Below, piece by piece: positions 24,454-38,325 of a DNA stretch of 64,000 nt. The translations under genes and the position numbers were made by a program. The DNA lies in contig NW_025963802.1 of the NCBI RefSeq assembly GCF_023055435.1, positions 35,774,001 to 35,838,000 on the forward strand, in the 5' to 3' direction. The stretch is from Haliotis rufescens (Eukaryota). Under the pieces are notes generated by a model, which was not told where the DNA came from, did not search any database, and was given only the letters and a program-made list of their open reading frames with translations. Position 1 is the first letter of the stretch; each line of letters opens with the position of its first letter.

Positions 24454-24544
24454 TCCCTCCTGGTGTGAGGAATCCGGCGCCTGGGTGACACTTTAGATTT
24501 GCCTTGTTGAGAGCCGTTTGAACTGGGCAGTAGCCGTGGGCTGA
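24454..24544 (-). CDS. SPEF1: SPEF1-B exon 4 (linker)
   Basis: VSPRLLPSSNGSQQGKSKVSPRRRIPHTRR; acceptor cacttcag, donor gtatgt; 91 nt fits phase 1 to 2. Confidence 0.75.
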
Positions 24545-25201
24545 CTGAAGTGCATATTAAGTAGAATTAGTTCACAAAGCATACATATCTGGTATTGGAA
24601 TATGCTACAACCCTGAGAAGGGTACTAAAAATGAACAAAAAAAACCAGTAAATTTTCTCAACAGAATTACTGATCACCAGTTCTATCAAACAGTTACAAG
24701 TTTCCAACTTGAGGGAGGTCTACTTTGAACACTGTTTCAACAAATAATTTACACATTTTCAATCCCTATATATTGGCCACAACTAGTCTATCAGTCATGA
24801 AGATTGACCACAATTTTGAGCTACTGAAAGAAATGTCCAGCAGAATATTTGAAGAATTTGTTACAGAAGAATGAAATATACTGGTATCAATAAGAAAGAG
24901 AAAATCACTGAATTATCCTGAGACCATTCATATGTTCAAAATGTGAAGTGCATACACCCACATATTACAACATATTACAAATATTACATATAATATAGCA
25001 ACATGTTTTCAACAAAAAGCATTTTTGGCTATCAACCACAAATTGCTAGTATTTTTGTATTTTAAGTGCACCCAAAACCATCTCTCCCAAAAAACGGTGA
25101 CATCTTCTGTTAGATGCAGAAGAACAAGTTTCACTCTGCTAGTTAAGATATTACCAAACAGTAAGGCACAGAATAACAACTGCTATTGTCTACTGACACA
25201 C

Positions 25202-25401
25202 CTAGAAACTCCATATTATCCATGGATTGTGACAAGTTGTTATTTGGGAAACGTTTCTGGAACTGGGCTGATTTATCCAGAGCTCTGTCTATCTGGAGAC
25301 GTAGCATCATCAGAACTTTCTCGGCCACTTTGGATTTGCAGTAGGAGAGTGACCTGATGATGTCATCAGAGAGGTCAAGGTCAAGCTTCTTTAACACACG
25401 C
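25202..25401 (-). CDS. SPEF1: SPEF1-B exon 3
   Basis: RVLKKLDLDLSDDIIRSLSYCKSKVAEKVLMMLRLQIDRAL...MEFL; acceptor ccttccag, donor gtgtgt. Confidence 0.88.
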
Positions 25402-25551
25402 CTGGAAGGTAATCAGTTTAGTTAATCACTGTCAAAGTGTCGACATGTTACTAGGAGTTGGTAGTAGGAATTAGAAATACAGATCCAACTTCAGAATGAT
25501 AATGGACTGCAAATACAAGCACTCATTATAGTTCTTCTGTGCTAACATGAG

Positions 25552-25899
25552 TACCATATTCGATATAATAAGCGCCCCGCTCTAATAAGCGCCCACAGCG
25601 ATATTTGCTGATATATTGGCTAGTGAACAATCCCAATTAGCACCCCTTCCGATTGATCAATGTACACAAGACCTATTTATTCGTGTATAATACGCACTCG
25701 TGTGTAATATGCACCCTCAATTATGGGCAATTAAATTCTGGAAAAAATATATCTTTCGTATATACATTTCAGGCTGTCAGCATAAACCACAAAATTTATC
25801 TTTCAACTCTGTTTTTTTTCACCAAAATGATATTCTAATAAGAGCCCCCTATTTCTAATTTTGAGAGCGCCCTGGGCGCTTATTACGTCGAATACGGTA
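25552..25899. mobile_element. Tc1/pogo-type MITE
   Basis: TIR (ta)ccgtattcgacgtaataagcgccc with TA ends; inverted copy at 52121-52468, partial copy about 26710-26925. Confidence 0.85.
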
Positions 25900-27598
25900 T
25901 ACCCAATATTCTTATATGGCTAGAACAGTGTTTGCAATGTGGTTTAACAACTGCCCTTTTGGTTGCGGAAAGCACATGCCTAATGAACTAAAGCTAAAAA
26001 CAGATAGTCCCATATGCCTCTAGCTACCTTGATAAGAAAGTAATATGTGCTTCCGGTTTGCATGGTTTGATGACCTTGACACGGAATTTCAGATTATCAC
26101 ATGCTGGATTATTTCTAATTGGAAAGGAGAAAATCAGAACTTCCATACAAATTACCATTCCAATGACCTTGACCTTCAATGAAGGTCACTCAAATCTTAC
26201 CACTTCAATGGCCACCCTAAGGACGATGTGTACCAAATTTCACTTACTACAGAGAACTCCTCTTGAACACATCATACCCTTTTAGCATCAGTTGCAAGTA
26301 TTTCAAGAACATTCTAATGCTCTATCCAGCATATAAATCAATTAAGATGTCCAAAGGTGGAATTCAAAGTAACAACGAAGACGTAGCATATGCTACTCAT
26401 GGAAAGGACATTCCACTGATATCACATGATTGTCATTACATAATATAACCTCTACATGCAGAAGAGTGCAGAAAAGGGCATTTTACTGAAAATGGCAAAC
26501 ATACTTTCAGAAAGAACTTCACTGTGACCATTACCATATAAGTAAGACAATCACAACCTCTTACGTTCATTAGAATTGAAGTGCAACACCACGGTCAAAT
26601 TCAGGCAAAACCTTAGAGCATCCCCATTTACAATTGGCTGCTTAAAAAACATTTAGAGTGAGTGAGTATGGTTTTATGCCGCTTTTAGCAATATTCCAGC
26701 AATATCACAGCGGCGATATTTGCTAATATATTGGCCAGTGAACAATCCCAATTAGCACCCCTTATGGGCAATTAAATTCTGGAAAAATATATCTGTCGTA
26801 CATAAACATTTCAGGCTGTCAGCATAAACCACGATATTTATCTTTCAACTAAAATAATATTCCAATAAGAGCCCCTATTTCTAATTTTGAGAGAGCCTGG
26901 GGCGCTTATTACGTCGAATACAGTATATTGAATGGTTTAAGAGTTCTGCTCCAGAAATAGACCCTAACCTCATTTGAACATAGGGCTTGACATGCTGCCT
27001 TGGAAACACAAAAAGTAAAAATAAAACTTTCTGAAAAGCATTGATTATCAGAAAGCAACAGTTCAGCACTAGCATATGCATACAAAGTTTCATGAATAAA
27101 TATTGACAGGCTTATCAGGTATGTTCCAGAATCTAACATGAAGGATGGCACCTGGAAGGATGGAGCCCATTTCTGTATCAGGGTTAGAACTTAACACTAG
27201 CCCACAAGTACAAATTTTACAATTTCACCGTTGTTTTAACATTACAATACAAGGGCATTTTATCTTTACCCGCTTAGTTAGGCTTTTGAGTTTAGTTCTA
27301 ACTCTGTTTATCCTTGCCAAACTGTCTTTATTTGGGGCAGTGCACCCCTAGGAAGTGTGTTGGGGTTGAACACCAGTTTGAACAGTATTTCAGTCACAGC
27401 ACAGCAAGTGACTATAATGGGGAGGGAGCCCACAATGACACAGATCATAGACAGTTGAAACTCAGTCATGAAACCAAAGTAAAACCAAGTAAAACATAAT
27501 CAAATCAAATTTGGATTCAAGCCAATTATTCCATATTCTGCCATAACAAAGGGATGTAACTCTGCCCAGTGTGCCCCTATGAGTAAGAAGACACTAAC

Positions 27599-27710
27599 CT
27601 GTTGAGGTAGTACCAGTTCTCCATCTTCTGTTTGGGGGCGCTGGCGGGCGCATAGTTGTGCAGTTGCACCAGTCGGGGGAAGTAATGGTGGACCACCTCC
27701 GCAACCAGCA
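27599..27710 (-). CDS. SPEF1: SPEF1-B exon 2
   Basis: (V)LVAEVVHHYFPRLVQLHNYAPASAPKQKMENWYYLN(R); 112 nt; acceptor ctgttttcag, donor gttagt. Confidence 0.92.
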
Positions 27711-28742
27711 CTGAAAACAGGCACCAGCATTTGTTCATAAACAGGCTTTTCTTTGTTTACAGTTATATTGTAATTTATTTTGTTCGGGGATGCTTTTTTT
27801 ATTGTTAAAATGGTGGTTAGTAAGTCTAAAATTAAAATTAAATTTAAACAATAAATCAGATTTTTTCTTCTTCGAAAATGTCAAATATGTCATATTCCAC
27901 ATGTAACTTTGCATTCCACATAATAAAATGAAATGGTACTTTTCTGATTTATTCATTTTCCTTTTTCATTTTGTAGGTTTGGCGGATGTGATATCCATTG
28001 TCTAGTTTAATGTTTAACTATGAAAGGAAATACTGATATGGTACTTAAAGAATTTAATCATCACCCAATGTCGTCCTCCAATGTGAAATATTGACCTAGA
28101 AAGTCTGGACAAGAAATAAACCTAATTAGTAACATGATCAGCTAAAGTTTTATTATGTCTAATTAACTCAACAATTTAAAAAAACTGTGGATAAAAAAAC
28201 AGTGTAGAATGCAACCTGAATTATTCAACAGCACAGGGTGTCATTTCCTCCAATGACTCACAATAACAAAACTACCTATATCTGGAATTACGCTGAAATA
28301 ATCAATACTTCATATTAAACTTTAACCAGCATTAATAAAACCCAAGTACTGGGCAAGCCCACAGATGTAGTATTGACTCCACATAAAGACTCCTGGTATA
28401 TAACACACTTTTCATACCCTCTATGACTCGCACTGCCACTTCTCAGACAATAACATGACCATCTCAAGTAGCTGGTATGGATCACTCACTCCAAGTTCAC
28501 TGATCCTCACAGAACCTCACAATCCCTTGGATATTCATCTACCTTCTATTAAGCTTTATGGACAGTGGTATTCCATAACAATACAGCCTCTTATTTCCAC
28601 CTGAGCAAGGATATTGATGAGAATAGCCTCTGTGGGGAATAACAGCAATTCATTGCTTCCAGTTATTGCTATTACTTGTTTCCTCAAGACCTTGGACTAC
28701 ATGTCCACTACATGAAAGACGTCCATGGTTTCATGTAGTGCC

Positions 28743-29163
28743 TAGGGCTGGGACGAGTCCAAATTTACTACCTGGGCACCGACCACCCTATTACCCGACC
28801 CTACCCGGGTACCCACTGTAGGTCTCAGGAGACGTCTCAAAATGTCCGATTGGGAACATTTTTTGCAAAGCCCGGGCAAAACATATTTAGATACATGTAT
28901 TAAACAATCAGGTCATTCATACACTGAAGTTGAATTAAGTTATATCTCTATTCAACCATATGAAAAATCAGAAGGAATGGGTGCATAGTCAGAAAGAAAT
29001 GCGAACATTAGTGACTAGTAGTGTAACCATAGAGTTCTAGATAATTTTTGTCATTAAACAATATATCACGTGACTAACCACTGGTCCGGGTAGTCCTGTG
29101 GGTACCCGGGTCCTACTCAGTACACACCCGACCCGGGTACCCGAGTTACCCGTCCCAACCCTA
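28743..29163. mobile_element. Non-autonomous hAT-like element
   Basis: Termini tagggctgggacg / cgtcccaacccta; 8-bp TSD gtagtgcc/gtggtgcc; subterminal acccg repeats. Confidence 0.8.
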
Positions 29164-29193
29164 GTGGTGCCCAAGGGTGGTATTGGTGTTTAC

Positions 29194-29773
29194 TTGTGAC
29201 ATCAGTGTTAGAAAGTATGTGTGTCCTGGCATCAGTGTTAGAAAGTATGTGTGTCCTGGCATCAGTGTTAGAAAGTATGTGTGTCCTGGCATCAGTGTTA
29301 GAAAGTATGTGTGTCCTGGCATCAGTGTTAGAAAGTATGTGTGTCCTGGCATCAGTGTTAGAAAGTATGTGTGTCCTGGCATCAGTGTTAGAAAGTATGT
29401 GTGTCCTGGCATCAGTGTTAGAAAGTATGTGTGTCCTGGCATCAGTGTTAGAAAGTATGTGTGTCCTGGCATCAGTGTTAGAAAGTATGTGTGTCCTGGC
29501 ATCAGTGTTAGAAAGTATGTGTGTCCTGACATCAGTGTTAGAAAGTATGTGTGTCCTGGCATCAGTGTTAGAAAGTATGTGTGTCCTGGCATCAGTGTTA
29601 GAAAGTATGTGTGTCCTGGCATCAGTGTTAGAAAGTATGTGTGTCCTGACATCAGTGTTAGAAAGTATGTGTGTCCTGGCATCAGTGTTAGAAAGTATGT
29701 GTGTCCTGGCATCAGTGTTAGAAAGTATGTGTGTCCTGACATCAGTGTTAGAAAGTATGTGTGTCCTGGCATC
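29194..29773. repeat. Highly homogeneous 30-bp minisatellite, about 19 copies
   Basis: Unit atcagtgttagaaagtatgtgtgtcctg(g/a)c. Confidence 0.97.
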
Positions 29774-31682
29774 CTGAGGTTTGGGGCAAGAGAGGGCCCT
29801 CTGACTCAATATCTTTTATCATTAACGTTATGACAAGGACCATCTGGACTTTCACTTTAATGTTAACACCAACAATGTCACACAGGCTCCTCCTGGTGTA
29901 CATAACACTCTCAGTGTGGGAATGTGTAACTATGGTAACATAAACTCTAAGGTATTATTAGTCTATGACTTTAGCCAGTAGTTTGTTCCTTTTGACTAAG
30001 AACGGCAAATCAGTCCATGTACTTAAACTATAATCACCAGAAATTAAACAAAAAGAAACAAAATTTGACTAGAGGTCACAATAACTATGACAATTTGTAC
30101 TAAGTACTTTTTTTAAGAAAAAATAATCTTCTTTTAACTGACCATATTAAAGTGGACAAATATTTATCTGAAAAGCACTAATTGTTTAATTTAACCAAAT
30201 GCAAGTCACATATTTACCACAAAATGATTCTGTAACTGACAACAGCAAAGCCTCCCAGACCATGTAAACAAACATCACATTGCAATATATTCACATATGG
30301 ACCAATAAAATCAATTCAGAAATATTGGTGCAATGTTATTATTTGTCCCATCAGCATAACAGGGTTTTCACAAAATAAACCACAAACAATTACATGTAAA
30401 TACAAAATCTGCCAAACAGCTGAAAGGAAGTCAATATAACTTTTAGATGATAATTTAAATGCAGGAGACGTTGACAATCCATACCTCAGTTTTTATTTAA
30501 CCTTAAACCCCAGTACCCTCTACTACAAAGTGAACGGTAAGGCGCTGTATGTACTCCCTGCTGCCTAGTGAACCGTAAACAGCCTCTCCTCTTGACAACA
30601 CCTATATTGATTTATAACCACACAACTGTAAACCTCGTGTTTGACAAGGGCTCCTGTGTTTATGGTGTCAGACTCATTTGTATACTTCTAAATACGCTAC
30701 TCAATAATTTACCTATTCAGTTTACACCACAATAGAGACGGCTTGCATAAAAGATATGTCAGGTGTACAAGAGATTCGGTTTACAGTAAGCACATGACAA
30801 AACGTCATAAAACCCTGGGTAATTAAGCTCTTAAGGCACACACATTGGGTCGATATTGCTGCTGAGACTTACATATGATAACATATGAGGTACATCAACT
30901 TGAAATTCAATAGAACAGAGTATAGTATTTAAGAGAAGTTATTTCCTACTCGTTTGTTATCAATTCTCAAAAAACTGTGGTGTGTCGGTGCAATTCCGTT
31001 GTCATAAACGTTACAGCTTACAGTCAGGATATCCTTTTAGTCACTCAATACCAGCCCACTGAGATAGGATCTCATCGCCACGGGAATCTAAAACAGTTGG
31101 TGAGAATATATGGCCTAGAGAGAAAGGCTTCAAAGCCCTGGCTGATCTCTCTATTGTTACCTGTATCTTCACACCGGTCTACATAGGATAGTTCAACACT
31201 CTGTTTACAGTCCCAAGAACACATTTCTAAATTGTCAGGCAGCATAACTTCTTTACCCTGCTTCAAAGCAGAACAGTTTAGAATAAGAGAATTTTTCAAA
31301 CCTAACAGTTAAGTCGAACAAAGGATGAACAGAGCTATTAACTTAAGCAAAAATGAACTTCTGTGGAAAATACATACTTAACCATACTGAACTTAATTTT
31401 GAACATAAAAACTTCATTACTGTTCAGATAAGGATAGACATGATGCAACTTTGCACTAGCCCATAAGCCTGAGTTTGTCTGATGTTAAAGGTAAAAAGGT
31501 ATCCTGAAAGCTAGTACAGTTTCAGGCTTTTTATATGTCTTTTATCTTTATAAGTTATCACTACAAGGGCAAGTTAATGATTCAGGTAAAGTTGCCTCCC
31601 TGATATCTTCTTTGCAAAATACTGTATTTACATTGAATTTGTACATGATGAAGCACTGAGAGTCAAACTTATTAACAATTCA

Positions 31683-31900
31683 CTGTGCAGAGGGGTATTC
31701 TGTGAGCTTACCAGAAACCTAAGATCGTGGATTTGAATCCCGGTTCGCCTCAATTATGTTTCTAGGTCTGTCAGAACCATACCTGTACTTGTGGGTTTCA
31801 CCAATGTGGTAAATGTCTGAAGCCTATATCCCTTTGAGCTTTCCTCCCACATTAGCTGACACACTGTCACATAACTGGAACCCAACCCACACACTCACTC
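31683..31900 (+). mobile_element. SINE family C (diverged)
   Basis: Similar to 337-613; (ACTC) tail. Confidence 0.75.
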
Positions 31901-33490
31901 TAACCTTTTCGTAGAGTTTTGAATTATCACACAATATATATCAAATAACATTAAGTATTATATTATTTTTAACAAATTGAGAAGTAATGTAGTTTTCTTT
32001 TTTTAAATGTGATTACATTCAGATGGTAATCAGTTGCTATGACAAAATTCAACACCAATTTAACACTATAAATATCAAACATAAATCCAGTTATCGACTC
32101 CATTATTCTCAAACACAACATTAGTTTTGGACACAGACCAACTGTAGTTCATGGAATATGATTCTCAGGGCTCATGTGTTCCTATGTAAGTATATAGTTT
32201 CTAGATTAACAATGTTAACAGCTATACAATAATATATTCAAGTTCAGGTCACGGACAGCACAATATGACCAAACAAACTTAGTATAATGTCTACATGGTC
32301 TAGTTAAATTACAGACGAATTTGACACAGAAATAAACAAAAGAAGTCATGGGTCCTATATTGGATGCTACTCTTGATTAGGTCATCAGGCTATTGACATT
32401 TTAGTGTTTTGCCATTGTCACAGGGATGACAAGTGAAGATCGCATCATACAGTCATCTATCAATCATGCCCTCTCAGCCTTCCATATGTGTATATAATAA
32501 TGTAGAGATTTCAAGTATCTGTTTACCCAAATACATGCCTCCTTTAGAAATCCTTACAACTTTGTCACAATCTGTTGATACTTAGTTTTCTATAGAATGC
32601 AAAGTTAAAACACAATATTAAAATTCCTCTCAATTTAAGAAAATACAAAATAAAACTTTTGAACAAAATAACTATTTTTTCCCAGTTTGCCTGCCAAGGG
32701 CACTTAGCTTTGAATCATATAAGTCCTGTTTCTATTCTCTGCCTCCCGGCTAAGGCCGCTGTTTGATGTCAGAGTTAAGGCTTACATTGGTAATCTAAGG
32801 ATCAATCATTTCTTACCAATAGAAAAATTATAACCCCAATAAATCTATCAAATGTTATCTTAGTGGTCTTGAGATAAAACATTCCAGCCATTAGCATCTA
32901 CGTCGCTCTGGACTGACATGTACCTAAGTACCCTAACTCTACACTGTTGCTCGGTAGGAAACCCAGCATGTTCCAAAATTCAATTAGCAGACACAGAAAT
33001 CAGGCCACCCTATCCTTTTCAGTCACAACAAACAACAGACAACTGGGAACTTGCTCTAATGAGTCTCATGGGACAGGTGTTCACTGTTTCGTGTTTACTG
33101 ATTCTCCAGAAACCTCCCTTAGGTTAGAACCTCCCCTAGAACTAGCAAGAACAGAACAAACATGTCCAACTTTGATGGTACCCTGCTTGCACAGACTGGT
33201 TCTCAACACCTAATGCACAGCATCATGTTTTATGTTCTAGCATAAAGGCTTGAATAAGCATGATAAGAGAAGGGAGTCTATTTATCTTGGAAGATCCATA
33301 GAACCAGTGTTTATTCAATATTCTTCTTGCTTTGTTTCTGTGCAAACGTACCAACATGCAAGCGACAATAGAGGGTCATACTTCTCTGAAAACAAGAATT
33401 CTGAATATCATAATGAAATGTACCCATGAAGAAGTTGTACGAGATTAGGAAGTCATTTCTGTTATTTTTCACAAGCTAGTTTTCACATGT

Positions 33491-33893
33491 GCAGGGTTGA
33501 AATCAAGATTACATTTTCGTTTTGGAGTTTTTTAGCATAAAAATTGAGACATGCTCATATGTAAAGCAAGGGACAAATTTAGGAAAGACTTTCACCTGTA
33601 TCCCCCCTCCAAAAGTTATAGGTCCCATGCATTGCTTCTCAGTCCTATAATTAAATAATGTTTTTAGGGTTGATACGGGCGGAAGTCTTACCCAAATTTA
33701 TCTGATTTATGTCATGTACATAAACTCTTTACTCACATTTGAGATAAATCAAAATCAAAATATTACAATTTATTCACCATCATGATCATCTTTATTGTGG
33801 AATCAACATAACAGTTTGTGGTAACTTCTAGTTTTGTTTAAAATTGAAATATGAAACATGGAATTTCTTTCAACATGTTGGTGCAACCCTGTA
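33491..33893. mobile_element. Mariner-like MITE remnant
   Basis: Ends cagggttg / caaccctgta. Confidence 0.45.
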
Positions 33894-34305
33894 TGCTACA
33901 ATATGATTACCATGATAACAGGGCAGGGACTGCGAAGTGCAATTTCTTTGAAAGTAGATTTGATAATGTGCTTGTGTTTACACACGTGAATTGGAACTTG
34001 GAAGCATTCCAAGTTTCTGTTTGTGCATGTTTATCCGAACATGCCTGCTTGAAAAAATACTTTGATTATTCTACATGATTTACATTGATATCCATAATGA
34101 ATTTAACTTCAAAACCCATGCAAACATACAAATATTGAGATAAAATTAATTGAAATAATAAAGAGACTTTAAAGTGGAATTTGTGGCACATGTGTACATG
34201 TACGTTCAAGTATAATATTTCCAATAGATCTGTTTGAAAATCTGCCAAACTTGACAGCTTCAAATGTTCTTTTCTGACTTTCATTCATTGTGTGGAGCAT
34301 TGACT

Positions 34306-36345
34306 AAGTGGTGTCTCCACCGACCTGTTTATATCTATTACCAAGTAGTGTCTCCACTGACCGGTTCACATCTGTTACCTATGTAGTGTCTCCATCGACC
34401 TGTTGATATCTATAACCTACGTAGTGTCTCCACCGACCTGTTTATATCTATTACCAAGTAGTGTCTCCACCGACCTGTTTATATCTATTACCTACGTAGT
34501 GTCTCCACTGACCTGTTAATATCTATTACCAAGTAGTGTCTCCATCGACCTGTTCATATCTATTACCTACGTAGTGTCTCCACTGACCTGTTTATATCTA
34601 TTACCAAGTAGTGTCTCCATCGACCTGTTTATATCTATTACCTACGTAGTGTCTCCACCGACCTGTTCATATCTATTACCCTACTTAGTGTCTCAACCGA
34701 CCTGTTTATATCTATTACCTACGTAGTGTCTCCACTGACCTGTTTATATCTATTACCTACATAGTGTCTCCACTGACCTGTTTATATCTATTACCAAGTA
34801 GTGTCTCCATCGACCTGTTTATATCTATTCCCTACGTAGTGTCTCCACCGACCTGTTTATATCTATTACCCTACTTAATGTCTCAACCGACCTGTTTATA
34901 TCTATTACCTATGTAGTGTCTCCACCGACCTGTTCATATCTATTACCCTACTTAGTGTCTCAACCGCCCTGTTTATATCTATTACCTACGTAGTGTCTCC
35001 ACCGACCTGTTTATATCTATTACCTAAGTAGTCTCGCCACCAACCTGTTTATATCTATTACCTACGTAGTGTCTCCACCGACCTGTTTATATCTATTACC
35101 TACGTAGTCTCGCCACCGACCTGTTTATATCTATTACCTACGTTGTGTCTCCACCGACCTGTTCATATCTATTACCTACGTAGTGTCTCCACCGACCTGT
35201 TCATATCTATTACCCTACTTAGTGTCTCAACCGACCTGTTTATATCTATTACCTACGTAGTGTCTCCACTGACCTGTTTATATCTATTACCTACATAGTG
35301 TCTCCACTGACCTGTTTATATCTATTACCAAGTAGTGTCTCCATCGACCTGTTTATATCTATTCCCTACGTAGTGTCTCCACCGACCTGTTTATATCTAT
35401 TACCCTACTTAATGTCTCAACCGACCTGTTTATATCTATTACCTACGTAGTGTCTCCACCGACCTGTTCATATCTATTACCCTACTTAGTGTCTCAACCG
35501 ACCTGTTTATATCTATTACCTACGTAGTGTCTCCACCGACCTGTTTATATCTATTACCTAAGTAGTCTCGCCACCAACCTGTTTATATCTATTACCTACG
35601 TAGTGTCTCCACCGACCTGTTTATATCTATTACCTACGTAGTCTCGCCACCGACCTGTTTATATCTATTACCTACGTTGTGTCTCCACCGACCTGTTCAT
35701 ATCTATTACCTACGTAGTGTCTCCACCGACCTGTTTATATCTATTACCTACGTAGTGTCTCCCTCGACCTGTTCATATCTATTACCCTACTTAGTGTCTC
35801 AACCGACCTGTTTATATCTATTACCTACGTAGTGTCTCCCTTGACCTGTTCATATCTATTACCTACGTAGTGTCTCCACTGACCTGTTTATATCTATTAC
35901 CAAGTAGTGTCTCCACCGACCTGTTTATATCTATTACCTACGTTGTGTCTCCACCGACCAGTTCATATCTATTACCTACATAGTGTCTCCACCGACCTGT
36001 TTATATCTATTACCTACGTAGTCTCTCCACCGACCTGTTCATATCTATTACCTTCCTAGTGTCTCCACCGACCTGTTTATATCTATTACCTACGTAGTGT
36101 CTCCTCCAACCTGTTTATATCTATTACCTTCGTAGTGTCTCCACCGACCTGTTTATATCTATTACCTACGTAGTGTCTCCACCGACCTGTTTATATCTAT
36201 TACCTTCGTAGTGTCTCCACCGACCTGTTTATATCTATTATCTACGTAGTGTCTCCATCGACCTGTTTATATCTATTACCTACGTAGTGTCTCCACCGAC
36301 CTGTTTATATCTATTACCTACGTAGTGTCTCCTCCAACCTCTTTA
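34306..36345. repeat. 38-bp minisatellite, about 54 copies, with a 534-bp higher-order duplication
   Basis: Unit gtagtgtctccaccgacctgtttatatctattacctac. Confidence 0.97.
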
Positions 36346-37007
36346 TATGTATTATGGAAGAACAACACAAACAAAGTAAAAACCTTACATGAATTGCTTT
36401 CAATATTAAATTCAATAATACTTATAATGAACATTTTGCATTTGTTAAATAACTTAGAGGTTACAGTATATACACAGTAACACTGCCAGGACACAAATGT
36501 AAACTATGAACAGCTGAGAAAGTCAATAATGGACTATTAGGATGGAAATTCATCATTAGAAAATGAATACAAGCCTTTAAAATATATCCAATTGGTATGG
36601 TTTTGAAAAGTCAAATCCAGACTTTATAGAAGAGTTGATTTGTAATTTAGTTTTCATGTATAATATTACAAGTCCAATGAGATATTTGAATAAACAAACC
36701 AGATATTGAAGATTTGATTTGTAATTTGTATTTTATGTAAAATTTCAAATCTTTCTAAACATAAAGATTGAATGTGAGAATTGTAAGGCAGCTAGAACCA
36801 CATTTATTTTCCTGTTTCATTATTTACGTCAAATGAACATGCTTTCATTTAAGAAGAAACATTTGTCACTGGCCTATATATCCTCGATAATCACTACAAA
36901 CCAGATTTAACACTTTAATTTGTGGTGGGTTGGTATAATCAAAATTATAATGTAACAGTCTTGGTGTTCATGTGTTTTCAAGATGTAAGAATGTTTTCAA
37001 TGTTCAC

Positions 37008-37170
37008 CTCCATCGGAAAAATCCTTCCCAACATTTTTCTTCGGTCGGGAAAATTCTATCCTGTCCAGCCAACTGTAAAGGTTCTCGATCTCAGAATCGG
37101 CAAAATAATCGTCCATTTCCATTCGAGTAACTCCATTCAAACTTTTTTTTGCCAAAATATATTCCGTCAT
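37008..37170 (-). CDS. SPEF1: SPEF1-B coding exon 1 (start at 37170, 37122 or 37116)
   Basis: (MTEYILAKKSLNGVTR)MEMDDYFADSEIENLYSWLDRIEFSRPKKNVGKDFSDG; donor G|gtgaac. Confidence 0.88.
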
Positions 37171-37298
37171 ATCTGAACGGCACTTTCATTTCCAAGAAGA
37201 TCCGTGCCACGGAAATCAAGCGATGTGTTTAGAACAATCATGCGATACAACTGTTCTACATTGTTAACAATCGCTGTCATTCTACTCGGAGCGTGCCC

Positions 37299-37311
37299 GT
37301 CGTCTGGTAAC
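37299..37311. promoter_or_regulatory. Candidate RFX X-box in the SPEF1-B promoter
   Basis: GTCGTC-T-GGTAAC about 130 bp upstream of the first ATG in a CpG-richer region; ciliary genes are typical RFX targets. Confidence 0.45.
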
Positions 37312-37761
37312 GATAGTACTAATCGACAGAAGTATTCGCCGCACTATAACCTCTGAAAGAATTAGAGCTGTGCGACCGGTCCGGACTTCAGGGTCTTGTT
37401 TATTTGATTACAATTCAAAAAGCAAGGCGCTTTATGTGCTATTGTTTCCATTGGCCAATTTTACGGTTTGTTATACGATTTGTTGGAAGGCTGTCAGAAA
37501 TATTTCACACCTTATTCACTTTACGTCAGCATGCGAGTGACCTCTCGTGCATTTTAATTAAGGTATACGAAGGACAAGGTTTTATATTTTAGGGAGGTGT
37601 GGCAAGAGAATATTTTGGCTCACGGGATCTGCATCATCTAAAAAATGAGCAGATATATATTTTAATTGTTATGAAAACGCACAGCACCAACTATAGAGCC
37701 AAGACTAAAATATGCTTATTAAAGATTTTTCTAATATTTGCACATGAGCAAGTGTCTTATA

Positions 37762-38325
37762 AAGTAAGAAGCGTTCTATGGATAAACAACTTCTTTATTA
37801 CAATTAGTGCGACGGTTCGGTGTAGATCCTAACACCTTTATCAAGCAAGTGATGGATAGCGCTAAACAACATAGGTATATATACTTATTAACATCAATAT
37901 TTATACAGTAAATTGATTGATGGACACAGAGAGCTGATTAAGATAATTGGAAGCCAGTGGATGACTAGTGATCACAGAGTCAACAAGCAACAAGCAGACT
38001 GATAGAGATGATCGAAGCCAGTGGATTAATTGGATGGACATAGGGATTTAGCAATTAGGTGATGGTAAGCAGGCGGGATGTAATAGCCTTGATCTGTGTT
38101 CATTGCTGGCTGGATCCTTTTGATGCAAATGGCTTCTAGGAGTTTCCTGATTTTGTAGTCTGATTGGTTGTTGGCCAGGATCTCGATGTTGTTCCACTGG
38201 ATGTTGTGGTCGGCGTGGGTTTGGGTGTGGTCGTCGCACTAATTGTAATAAAGAAGTTGTTTATCCATAGAACTCGTCTAATTTCATCACACCAACTTCT
38301 AAATGCCACTGAAAGAAGTGTCTTA
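37762..38325 (-). mobile_element. Penelope-like element 3' fragment: GIY-YIG C-terminus, pLTR and an inverted partial pLTR
   Basis: Minus frame DHNIQWNNIEILANNQSDYKIRKLLEAICIKRIQPAMNTDQGYYIPPAY (about 38050-38235); pLTR 37762-37850 is repeated in inverted orientation from 38233. Confidence 0.85.

Larger units (their letters stand above)
20839..37170 (-). other. SPEF1: Gene model, SPEF1/CLAMP paralog B: join(37008-37122 or 37170, 27599-27710, 25202-25401, 24454-24544, 22291-22399, 20839-20967), 251-267 aa
   Basis: Same six-exon layout and intron phases as paralog A; CH domain and coiled coil are intact; no stops or frameshifts. Confidence 0.9.

Noticed and set aside
29117-29833. Four long ORFs and a CRISPR-like 30-bp repeat
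   Set aside because: Contiguous units with no spacers and no cas genes, inside a eukaryotic intron; the ORFs result from a stop-free unit.
31072-31302. 75-aa ORF with an acceptor in SPEF1-B intron 1
   Set aside because: No similarity to exon 2 or to any domain I recognise.
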